From contig NC_042999.1 of assembly GCF_006345805.1 (NCBI RefSeq), positions 31,496,001-31,560,000 on the forward strand: 64,000 bases of DNA. The letters are read 5' to 3'. The stretch is from Octopus sinensis (Eukaryota). Below the pieces are notes generated by a model. That model searched no databases. It worked only from the letters and a program-made list of their open reading frames with translations, and was not told where the DNA came from. Positions 53,176 to 64,000 of this stretch are shown here, piece by piece. A program made the position numbers and the translations under genes. Each line of letters begins with the position of its first letter. Position 1 is the first letter of the stretch.

Positions 53176-53816
53176 AGAAGGGTAGTAATATTATTTACTA
53201 CCAGGTGCTCAGCACAAAAGACGAATTAGTCATAAGACAAAAATATTATTCATATAGAAAAATATTATTCATGTAGTTATACAATTAAGGGCTCCTAAAT
53301 AAAGATGCCGAGTGCTGGGAACACAAAAAGGGGATGAATTTATCGAGAGTGAAAATCAAAAACGTTTACCGATAACTTTAACAACTCGTACCGCGGTTTC
53401 TGCTTCTTTCTAGCAAAACACAGAATATGTTTGCTAAGGCCAGCTTCATCAGCGAGTCGCCTGAATTTAATCGAGGTCTGCAGCGATGTGGGACTATGTG
53501 TTAAACCCGACTACTAGCAGATCTTAACTTTTCAAATCTCTGCGCAGACGCAAAATTTACACGGGCATGCCGGGAAGAATTTTACGAATAAATTCATCAT
53601 GTAGTATGCGAATATAAACAAGAAGGTTAGTAATATTATTTAATACCAGGTGCCCAGCACAAAAGACGAATTAGTCATAAGACAAAAATATTATTCATAT
53701 AGAAAAATATTATTCATGTAGTTATACAATTAAGGGCTCCTAAATAAAGATGCCGAGTGCTGGGAACACAAAAAGGGGATGAATTTATCGAGAGTGAAAA
53801 TCAAAAACGTTTACCG
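53176..53816 (-). mobile_element. Retrozyme-like non-coding retroelement: 445-bp monomer plus 196-bp terminal redundancy
   Basis: Direct repeats 53176-53371 and 53621-53816 (3 mismatches by eye); hammerhead in the unique part; inserted in a (CA)/(TA) microsatellite; no meaningful ORF. Confidence 0.75.
53383..53458 (-). ncRNA. Type I hammerhead ribozyme with extended stem II
   Basis: GACTCG-CTGATGA-A-GCT...TAGCAAACATA-ttc-TGTGTTTTGCTA...AGC-A-GAAAC-CGCG-GTA-CGAGTT: stem I GACTCG/CGAGTT, intact CUGAUGA and GAAA core, palindromic ACCGCGGT stem III, GUA cleavage triplet. Confidence 0.8.
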
Positions 53817-53989
53817 GACACACACATATATGCACGTGTGCACGTGTTTTTTTGTACGTCTGCATGCATATCTCTGTTTGCACAGTTTATGAAATATTTC
53901 AAATTCCACCTTTCCTTTTTCTTTTATTCACATATACAGTTTCATACAATTTTAAAATTTCCTATTGACAATATTCCCTGAACATGTTA

Positions 53990-54016
53990 ATGTCTATCTA
54001 TCTATCTATCTATCTA

Positions 54017-54078
<62 letters not shown>

Positions 54079-54213
54079 CCTATCTATCTATCTATTTATA
54101 TATCTATCTATATATACATATACATATATATATATATAATTGTCTACCTATCTCTATATCCATCTATCAATGTATGTATGTATGTATGAACCTATCTATC
54201 TATCCACCTATCT

Positions 54214-54245
<32 letters not shown>

Positions 54246-54280
54246 CTATCTATCTATCTATATATCTATCTATCTATCTA

Positions 54281-54334
<54 letters not shown>

Positions 54335-54354
54335 TATCTATCTATATCTATCTA

Positions 54355-54385
<31 letters not shown>

Positions 54386-54921
54386 ATCTATCTATCTATC
54401 TATCTATCTAGCTAGCTAGCTAGCTAGCTATCTATCTATCTATCTATCTTTCTATCTATCTATCCAACCATCCATCCATCATCCATCCATCCATCCATCC
54501 ATTAGCCTGTACATATATGTATTCATACAGAAAAAATACACATGTAACCATATATAGAAAGTAACATACGTGCACACATTCATACGTATACATACACATA
54601 CACACATATACATACACATACATACATATATACATAAACACATATATACATACATTCACACGTATACATACACATACATACATATACACATGATCACTAT
54701 ATATATATACATACATTCACATGTATACATGCACATACATACGTATACACATGAACACATATATATATATATATATGCATACATGCATACATACATGTAT
54801 ACATGAACACATAAATACATACATTCACACGTATACATACACATACATACATATACACATGAACACTATATATATATATACATTCATACGTATACATACA
54901 CATACATACGTATACACATGA

Positions 54922-54958
<37 letters not shown>

Positions 54959-55030
54959 ATATATATATATATATATTATATATATATATGCATACATGCA
55001 TACATACATATATACATGCATATACATTTT
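53990..55030. repeat. (TATC)n, (TAGC)n and (CATC)n microsatellites plus a CA/TA-derived minisatellite of about 60 bp
   Basis: Direct reading; the unit cattcacacgtatacatacacatacatacatatacacatgaacac recurs between 54575 and 54925. Confidence 0.9.
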
Positions 55031-55350
55031 TACCAATCCACGCACACACACACGCCAAGATATATAAATGACGATAAATTGTGAAAGGATGAAGAAACTG
55101 AAAGTGTTGAGTTGTTATATTGTTGTTGTTCTTGTCGCAGATGGCAATGCTTTTAATGCCAATACTGCTACTGCTCTGCGACTGCTGCCACTTCTATTTC
55201 TGATAATGCTAAACTTACTACTACTACCACTACTGCTACTACTACTCCTACTACTCTCGCAGTCACCCTGTCTATAACTGTTGCTCGTCACCCTTACATC
55301 TTGCTTCGTTTCTAGTGTTTCTCTTACTCTTTCGTTCTTTCTTTCTCTTT

Positions 55351-55389
<39 letters not shown>

Positions 55390-55494
55390 CTCTCTCTCTC
55401 TCACTTATTTTTGCCGTTACCGCTGTTGTTGGAGTTGTTGTTGTCGTCGGCGCTATTGTTGCTAATGTCTCTGTTGCTATTTGCAGGTGATATT

Positions 55495-55529
55495 TGGACA
55501 ATGATGATAATGATGACGACTATAATTAC

Positions 55530-55560
<31 letters not shown>

Positions 55561-55822
55561 GTGGTGGATGAGGATAGTGGCGACAGGGGTAATGTTTGTG
55601 CGTGTGATGTCGATAGTTGTTGTTGCCCTTGATGTTATTGTTGATGATGATGATGATGACGTTGATGATGGCGTTGGTGGCGGTGGTGGTTTTTTAGTAT
55701 TGATGATGTTGTCGTTGGTGGTGGAGGCAGTGCTGTTTCACGTTGAGCGTGATGTTATTGATGATGACAACGATTACGGTAGCATGGATGCTGCTGCTCC
55801 TGCTCTCGGGAATGATGATGGC

Positions 55823-55885
<63 letters not shown>

Positions 55886-56110
55886 GATGATGATGATGAT
55901 GATGATGAAGATGATGAAGATGATGATAATGATGATGGTGGTGATGATGATGATGATGATGATGATGAAGATGATGATGATGATGATGATGATGATGAAG
56001 ATGATGATAATGATGATGGTGGTGATGATGATGATGGTGGTGATGATGTCGATGATGATGTCGATGATGATGATGATGAGGAGGAGGAGGAGGAGGTGGA
56101 TTGAATGCAA
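55495..56110. repeat. (GAT)n trinucleotide array with GAA/GGT variants
   Basis: Direct reading. Confidence 0.95.
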
Positions 56111-56384
56111 TGTTAATGTTGATGAAGTTGATGATGTTGATAATAGTGTGTGTAAATACCAGTACCTGTAATAAGTGATTGTGTGTGATGTTGATTGCTT
56201 GTTGACTTCGATACCGATGACCAACTTATTTGGTTGTTCTTGTTGCTGACATTGTGCTTATTATGAAGGTGGTCGTAGAAGAATTAATGATTTTAACACA
56301 AGTCTCACAAATATCTTTTTGAGAATCGAATGACTTGAGGTTTATTGATGTAATAGTAGTGTTTTTTGGTAGTTGTGGTGGTGA

Positions 56385-56401
56385 TATACTATACATCTAT
56401 A

Positions 56402-56472
<71 letters not shown>

Positions 56473-56645
56473 ACATCTATCTATATCTATCTGCCAGTCT
56501 GTCTCTGTATCCGCTCTCTCTCTCCGTATATATATAATATATATATATAATATATACTTATATATATATGTATATATATATACATATTACATCTCGTTCA
56601 GAGATTTATTATTGCATACATATTTTATTATTATTATCATATATA

Positions 56646-56688
<43 letters not shown>

Positions 56689-56732
56689 ATATATATATAT
56701 GTATATGTGTGTACGTATGCATGTATGTATGC

Positions 56733-56772
<40 letters not shown>

Positions 56773-57176
56773 ATATATATATATATATAATATATAATAT
56801 ATATATATATATTAATATATATATATAATATATACATATATATATATATACAGAGAGTGAGAGAGACAGATACTGAGACAAACAGAATCAGAGAAAGACA
56901 GACATAGACAGAGGTACAGACAAATGTGGTGATGTCGTGATGATGTTAATTCGGTGTGTTGGTGTGATGGTCTCGGTAGGTGTAACGATATTGGATTAGT
57001 GGAAGTGCTTGCCGCTAGTGCGGAGGTGGCAGTGTTAGTTTTAGTAATAGTTAAGTAGTTTAGTATGTAAGCTTGTTAAATAGGTATGTATGTAGGTAGC
57101 CCAATAGAATGGTAAGCATATTTGACATTTACGTAGTATATAGGTAGGTAGGTACATAGATAGATAGGAAGGTAGG

Positions 57177-57263
<87 letters not shown>

Positions 57264-57332
57264 ATATAATATATATATATTTATATTTACATATATACAT
57301 ACATATATATATATATTTACATATATACATAG

Positions 57333-57371
<39 letters not shown>

Positions 57372-57389
57372 CATATATATATATACATA

Positions 57390-57436
<47 letters not shown>

Positions 57437-57440
57437 ATAT
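56385..57440. repeat. (TATC)n and long (TA)n microsatellite blocks
   Basis: Direct reading. Confidence 0.9.
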
Positions 57441-57724
57441 ATAGATAGCTATGTAAATAGGTAAGTAGCTACAAAGGAAGGCAGGCAGGTGGCAGGTGAG
57501 AAAGTACAGAGTTTCATGTTATGAAATAGCAGGAAGACAGATAGGTAAGTTGACAGGTAAGTAGATGAATATCTAGGTAAATAGGTAGGTATGAAGATAT
57601 ATGTGTGTGTGTGTAGATAGGTGGTAGGTTGTTAGATAGGTTGGTAGATTAGGTAGATTAGGTTGGAGATTACGTGGTTAAATAGATTTAGCTCGTTTGT
57701 TGTTAACAAGAATGTGGCAATATA

Positions 57725-58455
57725 TATCAGTCGTCGTAGTTGAAGTTGCGGCGGTGGTGGTTGTGGTGGCAACTAGTCACAGCAGGCGGTAGTTGTAGTA
57801 GCAATCGTGACAGCAGCAGCAGCAGCGATGGTGGTAGTAGTAGTAGTAGTAGTAAGAGCAGAAATAGAAGTGGTGAAAGAGAGGGGTAAAACACAGAGGA
57901 GCAAAAGAAGGAGGAGACAATTTTGTGAAGTTGCAGGAGTAGGTGGAGGTAGATTTTTAGTGTTGGTGGCAATATCAGCTGTAGTCCTAGCAGTAGTGGC
58001 GATGGTGGCAGCAGTAAAACTAATGGTGATGGTGGTAGCAGAAACAGCTGTAGTGGCAGTGGCAGTAACGGTAGTAGTGGTTGCAGTAACAGTAGGAGTA
58101 GAAGCAGTAACGGCGGTCGCAGTAACAGTTCAAGTGGTAGTGGTCGTGATGGTACTGGTGGTGGTAGCAGTCGATGTGCTTGTAGTAGCGGTGGTCGTAG
58201 CATTGGAGGAATCGATCGTGGTTACTCTAGCAGCGGTAGTAGGGGGTGTTGAAGCAGAAGTGGCTGTGGTGCTAGTGTTCCTTTTCATGGTGCTATTTGT
58301 ATTAGAGATGGTGTTGATGTTAGTAGTAGTGGTGGTGGTATAAATGGTAATCTTAGTTATTATCGAGCAATGCTATTATTAATAGTATTGGCGACAGCAG
58401 TAGGGGTGGTTCACTATTGACTGCAACGGTGGTGATGGTGCTAGTAGTAACAACG

Positions 58456-58497
<42 letters not shown>

Positions 58498-60291
58498 ACC
58501 GCAGCAGCAGCACCATTAGTAGTAGTAGTAGCAGAAGTAGTAGTAGTAATAGTAGTAGTAGTAGTAGTAGCTGTAGCAGCAGCAATAGTAGTAGTAGTAG
58601 TAGTAGCAGCAGCAACACTTGCAGTTGTAATAGTAGAGGGGTTGTAGTGCAGGCGGTAGTAAATGTAGTATGGGTGGTAGTGGCGGCGGCGGCGGTGGTG
58701 GTAGCGGTGGTGGGTGGTGATGGTAGCGGCGTCGGTGGTAGTAGCACTTACTATATTTTCCCTTGCCGTAGGTGAAGTTATTGCTATTTAGCCACAGGTC
58801 AGCACTAGAGAACTATGTCTGTGATCACAGACATTCCTGCCGTGCCCATTTGTATATGCTATATATCAACGATCTCATAATCCACTGTGCTTTTTTCTTT
58901 CTTTTCCTACAAAAACAGAATAGAGTTTGAGCAAAAAGAGAAGTGGCTGCTATTTCTAACAGGCCGAATGGTCGCAAATGCCTGGCGCCTCCGATAATGT
59001 TATGATGATGGAGCTTTTGTCCTGAAGGTAGAACGGACAGTGGTGGAGATGGTAGCGGTGGTAGGACTGATTAGGGCGGTAGTGATGAGAGAGGTGGGAG
59101 TCATGGAGTGATGGTTAGAGGTAGTAGTAGTAGTGGTGGATATTCTTGATGGTGATGATGATGATGGTGAGGAGGAGGAGGCTGGGTGGTCATGGATGTT
59201 GTAGTAGTTATGAAGATGAAGACTGTGATGATGAATGTCAGTTGCGCTGGTGATGATGCTGGTAAGAGCGGTGATGATGAAGATGATAATGCTGATGGCG
59301 GCAATGGCGGTTGCGGTGATGCGATCTTGGTAGTGGTTGCAGAAGTATTGGTGGTGGCGATGATTGGGGGTAGTGGTGGAGATGCTGTTCAACATGTTAA
59401 TATCAGAGGCACTGGGTTGTGGGGGGAAGATGGTTGTCATGGTGTTGTTGCTGTTAGTGATGAAGACAGGTGGTACAGGTGATGGTGTTTGTGGTATTGT
59501 TTGTGTCGATGGTGGCGCTGTTGAAGTTGAAGATGAGGATGATGATGCTCATGATGGTGACCATATTGACGGCGAGGCTGTCTCTGGTCATCGTGTTCAT
59601 CGTCGTGATGATGATTGTCGTGCTAAAGTAGTATTAAGAATGGAGGGATTATTGTCGTGCTAAAGTAGTATTAAGAATGGAGGGATTTGTGAGGTTGGGA
59701 AAATAGTACTAATACGAATGGTGGTAGTCGTGGAGGTAGCAGTGCTGGTGGTGGTGGTGGTGGTGGTGGTGGTGATGGTGGGGTTATAGTGATGGTACTT
59801 GTGTTGAGGAGGTAGCATTTGTGGGGGCATTCATGATAATATAATTGTTGATAAAGGTGGTTTTCAGAGTGATAGATGATGATGTAGTGTTTGTAATGCT
59901 GTTTTGGAGGCTGCTATATGTCCCTAGTGCTTTATCATATCATTACGACAGCAACAACAGAAACAGCTGTTATGAATACTACTACTACTACGACGACGGC
60001 TACTACTAGTAGTACTTTTAGTAGTAGGAGGAGGAGAATGATCAGGAGGAGGAGCTAGAGTAGAAGTGGTAATAGTTGTATTACTACTACGACTACTTCT
60101 ACTACTACTACTTGTAGTAGAAAGTAGGAGTTGTACAATTAGTATTAATTGTAATAACAGTAGTAGTAGTAATGCAACTATTATCACCATCGCTCCACCT
60201 ACTAGTATTATTACTAGTATTAGTATTTATAGGAAGCGTGTAGAAGTAGCAGTGGTTGTAGTGGTGGGGTTGCAAGCGATGGTGGTGGTAA

Positions 60292-60351
<60 letters not shown>

Positions 60352-60430
60352 CGGTGGTGGTGGTTGTGGTGGCGATTATGCTAGTAGGAGTAATAGCAGT
60401 TCCGGTTGTTGTCGTCGTCGTTGCAGTATT
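57725..60430. repeat. Low-complexity GTA/GTG/GCA/GAT trinucleotide region with strong strand asymmetry
   Basis: Direct reading; pure (GTA)n near 58457-58495 and 60292-60348. Confidence 0.85.
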
Positions 60431-60871
60431 AGTATTCAAATTCCCGAGAGTGAGTTGTCGAGACGTTGGTCAAAGTACAACTCATGAAAATCTTCTGCAA
60501 ACTTTGGGTTACCATTATGAAGAAGGTTAGTGTACATGCGTAACAAACTGTTTCTCTTAGATGTATAATAGTGCAAACCATCCACTGTTAGTTACCGTAA
60601 GATTTGCTCGTGTGTTGTTTCTTCTGGAAACTGAAATGACAGTGTCTAGCTATAAAAATAACAAGAACTTGATTCTCACTATTTACAATCATTTTATATT
60701 TAAGCTCAAAGCCAGACATTTTTGAAGGGAAGGTAGATGCAAAGATCATCGACAATAGTCCTAAAGTAGTAGTTTATTTTGCAAAATACAGAAAGAGGAT
60801 AGGCAGGGTCGATAAGTGGCGCATTTGAGGGGAAAACATATAAAGCCCCCAAAATTGCGCTTTAACTATGC

Positions 60872-61080
60872 TTATTTATATATTGGCCACAAGGAGCTAC
60901 ACCCATAGGGGACAAACAAGGACAGACAAACGGATTAAGTTGATTATATCGACCCCAGTGCGTAACTGGTACTTATTTAAACGGCCCCGAAAGGATGAAA
61001 GGTGGAATCTGAACTCAGAACATAGCTGCAGACGAAATATTGCTAAGCATTTCGCCCGGTGTGCTAACAATTCTGCCAGC
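60872..61080 (-). mobile_element. Meta-domain SINE, same subfamily as 42175-42402
   Basis: ggggacaaacaaggacagacaaacggattaag...gaccccagtgcgtaactggtac...gcatttcgcccggtgtgctaac. Confidence 0.88.
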
Positions 61081-61237
61081 AATGAGATGTGAGAGAGGTG
61101 GCACGAAAGAACGAAGAGTGGAATGAACGAAATAAGCGGGAAGGGGCTAACAGAACGAAGGAAAGAATAAAATAATAGTGTCGTACAAGATTTAGATAAT
61201 TATATACTTACATATGAGAGACCAAGTTTACGTACGC

Positions 61238-61279
<42 letters not shown>

Positions 61280-61467
61280 ATATATATATATCATCATCAT
61301 CATCATCATCATCATTTAGCGTCCGTTTTCCATGCTAGCATGGTTGGACGGTTCAACTGGGGTCTGGGGAGCCCGAAGGCTGCACCAGCCAGTCAGATCT
61401 GGCAGTGTTTCTACAGCTGGATGCCCTTCCTAACGCCAACCACTCCGAGAGTGTAGTGGGTGATTTT

Positions 61468-62980
61468 ATGTGCCACCGACACAGGTGCCAGACGAGGCTG
61501 GCGAACGGCCACGCTCGGATGGTGTTTTTATGTGCCACCGACACAGGTGCCAGACGAGGCTGGCGAACGGCCACGCTCGGATGGTGTTTTTATGTGCCAC
61601 CGACACAGGTGCCAGACGAGGCTGGCAGACGGCACGCTCGGATGGTGTTTTTTATGTGCCACCGACACAGGTGCAGATGAGGCTGGCGGACGGCCACGAT
61701 CGGATGGTGTTTGTTACGTCCCCAAAGCACGGAGGCCAGTCTATGCGGTACTGGCTACGGCCACGTTCGGATGATTTTCTTGTGTGCCACCGGCACTGGT
61801 ACCACAAAGATACAAATTCCATTTATGTTCATCTATTTTGATTTGTTTTGATTTGATTTGATTTTCACTTGCCTCAACAGGTCTTCACAAGTGTCACAAG
61901 AAGGAAGGTATGCACAGGTGGGACTGTTACGTCGCCGGGTCTTCGGATGGTGTCTTTATGTGCCACCGACACAGGTGCCAGATGTGGCTGGCGAACGGCC
62001 ACGATCGGTGGTTTTCTTGTGTGCCACCGGTACTGGAACCACAAAGATACAAATTCCATTGATGTTCATCTATTTTGATTTGGTTTGATTTTCACTTGCC
62101 TCAACAGGTCTTCACAAGTGTCACGCGTGTCACACACTTGCCTCAACAGGTCTCCACAAGTGTCACACACTTGCCTCTGCCTCAACAGGTCTTCACAAAG
62201 TGTCACACACTTGCCTCTGCCTCAACGGTCTCACAAGTGTCATAAGAGGGAAGGTATGCACAGGTGGACTGACTACGTCGCCGGGTCTTTGGATGGTGTT
62301 TTTATGTGCCACCGACACAGTGCCAGGTGAGGCTGGCGAACGGCCACGATCAGATGGTGTTTGTTGTGCCCACAGCACGGAGGCCAGTCGATGCAGTACC
62401 AGCTACGGCCACGTTCGGATGGTTTTCTTGTGTGCCACCGGTACTGGACCACAAAGATACAAATTCCATTGATATTCATCTATTTTGATTTGGTTTGATT
62501 TTCACTTGCCTCAACAGGTCTTCACAAGGTCACACACTTGCCTCAACGGGTCTCCACAAGTGTCACACACTTGCCTCTGCCTCAACAGGTCTTCACAAGT
62601 GTCACACACTTGCCTCAACAGGTCTTCACAAGTGTCATAAGAGGGAAGGTATGCACAGGTGGACTGACTACGTCGCCGGGTCTTCGGATGGTGTCTTTAT
62701 GTGCCACCGGCACAGGTGCCAGATGAGGCTGGCGAACGGCCACGATCGGATGGTGTTTGTTGTGCCCACAGCACGGAGGCCAGTCGATGCGGTACTGGTT
62801 ACGGCCACGTTTGGGTGGTTTTCTTGTGTGCCACCGGCACTGGTACCACAAAGAATACAATTCCACTGATGTTCATCTATTTTGATTTGTTTTGATTTGA
62901 TTTGATTTGATTTTCACTTGCCTCAACAGGCCTTCATAAGTGTCACAAGAAGGAAGGTATGCACAGGACTGACTACGTCC
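61468..62980. repeat. Nested higher-order tandem array in the RTE 3' UTR
   Basis: 62-bp unit x4 (starts 61468, 61530, 61592, 61654); higher-order marker ccacaaag at 61802, 62039, 62449, 62846; 29/35-bp subunit cacttgcctcaacaggtcttcacaagtgtcaca in 1, 4, 4 and 1 copies. Confidence 0.9.
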
Positions 62981-63008
62981 CAGGCCGGGGCCACGGGTTA
63001 TGGCCTGA

Positions 63009-63912
63009 CTAGTCTTGCCGGGTCTTCTCATGCACAGCATACTTCCATAGGTCTCGGTCTCTAGACATTTCCTTAGTGAGACCTAAAGTTCGAAGGTCGT
63101 GCTTCACCACCTCGTCCCAGGTTTTCCTGGGTCTACCTCTTCCACAGGTTCCCTCCACTGCTAGGTGTTGTAGCACTTTTGCACACAACTATCTTCAGCC
63201 TTTCTTGTCACATGACCATACCAGCGCAGCCGTCTCTCTTGCACGCCACAACTGACGCTTCTTAGGTTCAGCTTTTCTCTCAAGGAACTTACACTCTGAC
63301 GATTATGAACACTGACATTACACATCCATCGGAGCATACTGGCTTCATTTCTTGCGAGCTTACGCATATCCTCAGCAGTCACGGCCCATGTTTCACTACC
63401 ATGTAGCATGGCTGTACGTACACATGCATCATACAGTCTGCCTTTTACTCTGAGCGAGAGGCCTTTTGTCACCAGCAGGGGTAAGAGCTCTCTAAACTTT
63501 GCCCAGGCTATTCTTACTCTAGCAGTTACACTTTCAGCACACCCACCCCCGCTACTGACTTGGTCTCCTAGGTAGCGGAAGCTATCAACTACTTCTAGTT
63601 TGTCTCCCTGGAATGGCAGAAGTTGGTCTCTGCATATTTCCAGTGTTTATTGCTCCTGAGCATTTGCCACAGACAAAAACTATTTTCCTAGTTAGCCTTC
63701 CTTTGACATTGCTGCACCTCTTATGTGTCCATAGCTTACACTTGGTGCATCTTATAGAGTTTCTACCTACACCTTTTTTACAGATCGAGCAGGGCCATCT
63801 ACCTGAAGGCGTTTGTGATTGATCTACCTTCCTACTTATTAGAACTTTGGTTTTGGCTAGGTTGATTCTAAGGCCCTTCGATTCTAATCCTTGTTTCCAC
63901 ACCTGGAACTTC
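63009..63912 (-). pseudogene. RTE ORF2 C-terminal part (RT thumb with PHD-finger insertion), frameshifted
   Basis: ORFs 63585..63902 and 63161..63472, continued in another frame to ...HEKTRQD* (stop at 63009-63011). Confidence 0.88.
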
Positions 63913-64000
63913 TATATATATATATATATGTACAAAATGGGACAAGAACGCAATACATCTAGAAAGTTAGGTGATACAAGAAAGGGACAACAAAACATAC

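Larger units (their letters stand above)
61291..63912 (-). mobile_element. RTE-clade LINE, 5'-truncated or interrupted, with (ATG)n tail and repeat-expanded 3' UTR
   Basis: (CAT)n tail at 61291-61315; 3' motif ggatgcccttcctaacgccaacc; ORF2 remnants GLRINLAKTKVL, SFRYLGD, KGRLYDACVRTAMLHGSETW, RRLRWYGHV, GRGRPRKTW. Confidence 0.92.

Noticed and set aside
53176-53816. LTR/TRIM interpretation of the 196-bp direct repeats
   Set aside because: No TG...CA termini, primer-binding site, polypurine tract or 4-6 bp TSD seen; the hammerhead fits a PLE/retrozyme unit better
55568-56224. Poly-Asp, poly-Met and poly-Ile ORFs of 142-178 aa
   Set aside because: Different frames of one (GAT)n microsatellite; no domain or splice evidence
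57727-60530. Val/Leu/Thr-rich ORFs resembling membrane or mucin proteins
   Set aside because: Translations of GTA/GTG triplet repeats, open on both strands
61468-62980. Repeat array beside a reverse transcriptase, suggesting a CRISPR-, retron- or DGR-like system
   Set aside because: No unique spacers (the intervening sequence is itself repeated), no cas genes, eukaryotic context; it lies in the 3' UTR of an RTE LINE
63930-64000. Start of another repeat after the (TA)n that ends the RTE
   Set aside because: Cut by the window edge; 70 bp is too little to classify

Overview
AT-rich, repeat-saturated eukaryotic DNA with no supportable host protein-coding exon. The SINE families and the dense (TA)n/(TATC)n/(AAT)n microsatellites point to a coleoid cephalopod (Octopus-like) intergenic or intronic region; this is recognition, not a database match. 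The window holds many tRNA-derived SINEs (CORE-, Meta- and V-domain types), two Tc1 elements with TIRs and TA target duplications, three mariner relics, two hAT relics and a Helitron helicase relic. It also holds non-LTR retrotransposon pieces (Tx1/L1, RTE with a PHD finger, RTE-X-like, HERO/RLE, Penelope-like). Most ORFs in the track are microsatellite artefacts. The main observation is a set of hammerhead-ribozyme (HHR) motifs in small non-coding mobile units. The best is a 641-bp retrozyme-like element (445-bp monomer, 196-bp terminal redundancy, well-formed type I HHR) at 53.2-53.8 kb. Next is a foldback insertion at 15.8-16.1 kb carrying a U3-A8 covariant HHR-like motif. Also notable are a nested higher-order repeat array in an RTE 3' UTR and a perfect hairpin covering a hAT transposase start codon. 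Boundaries of degenerate elements are approximate.
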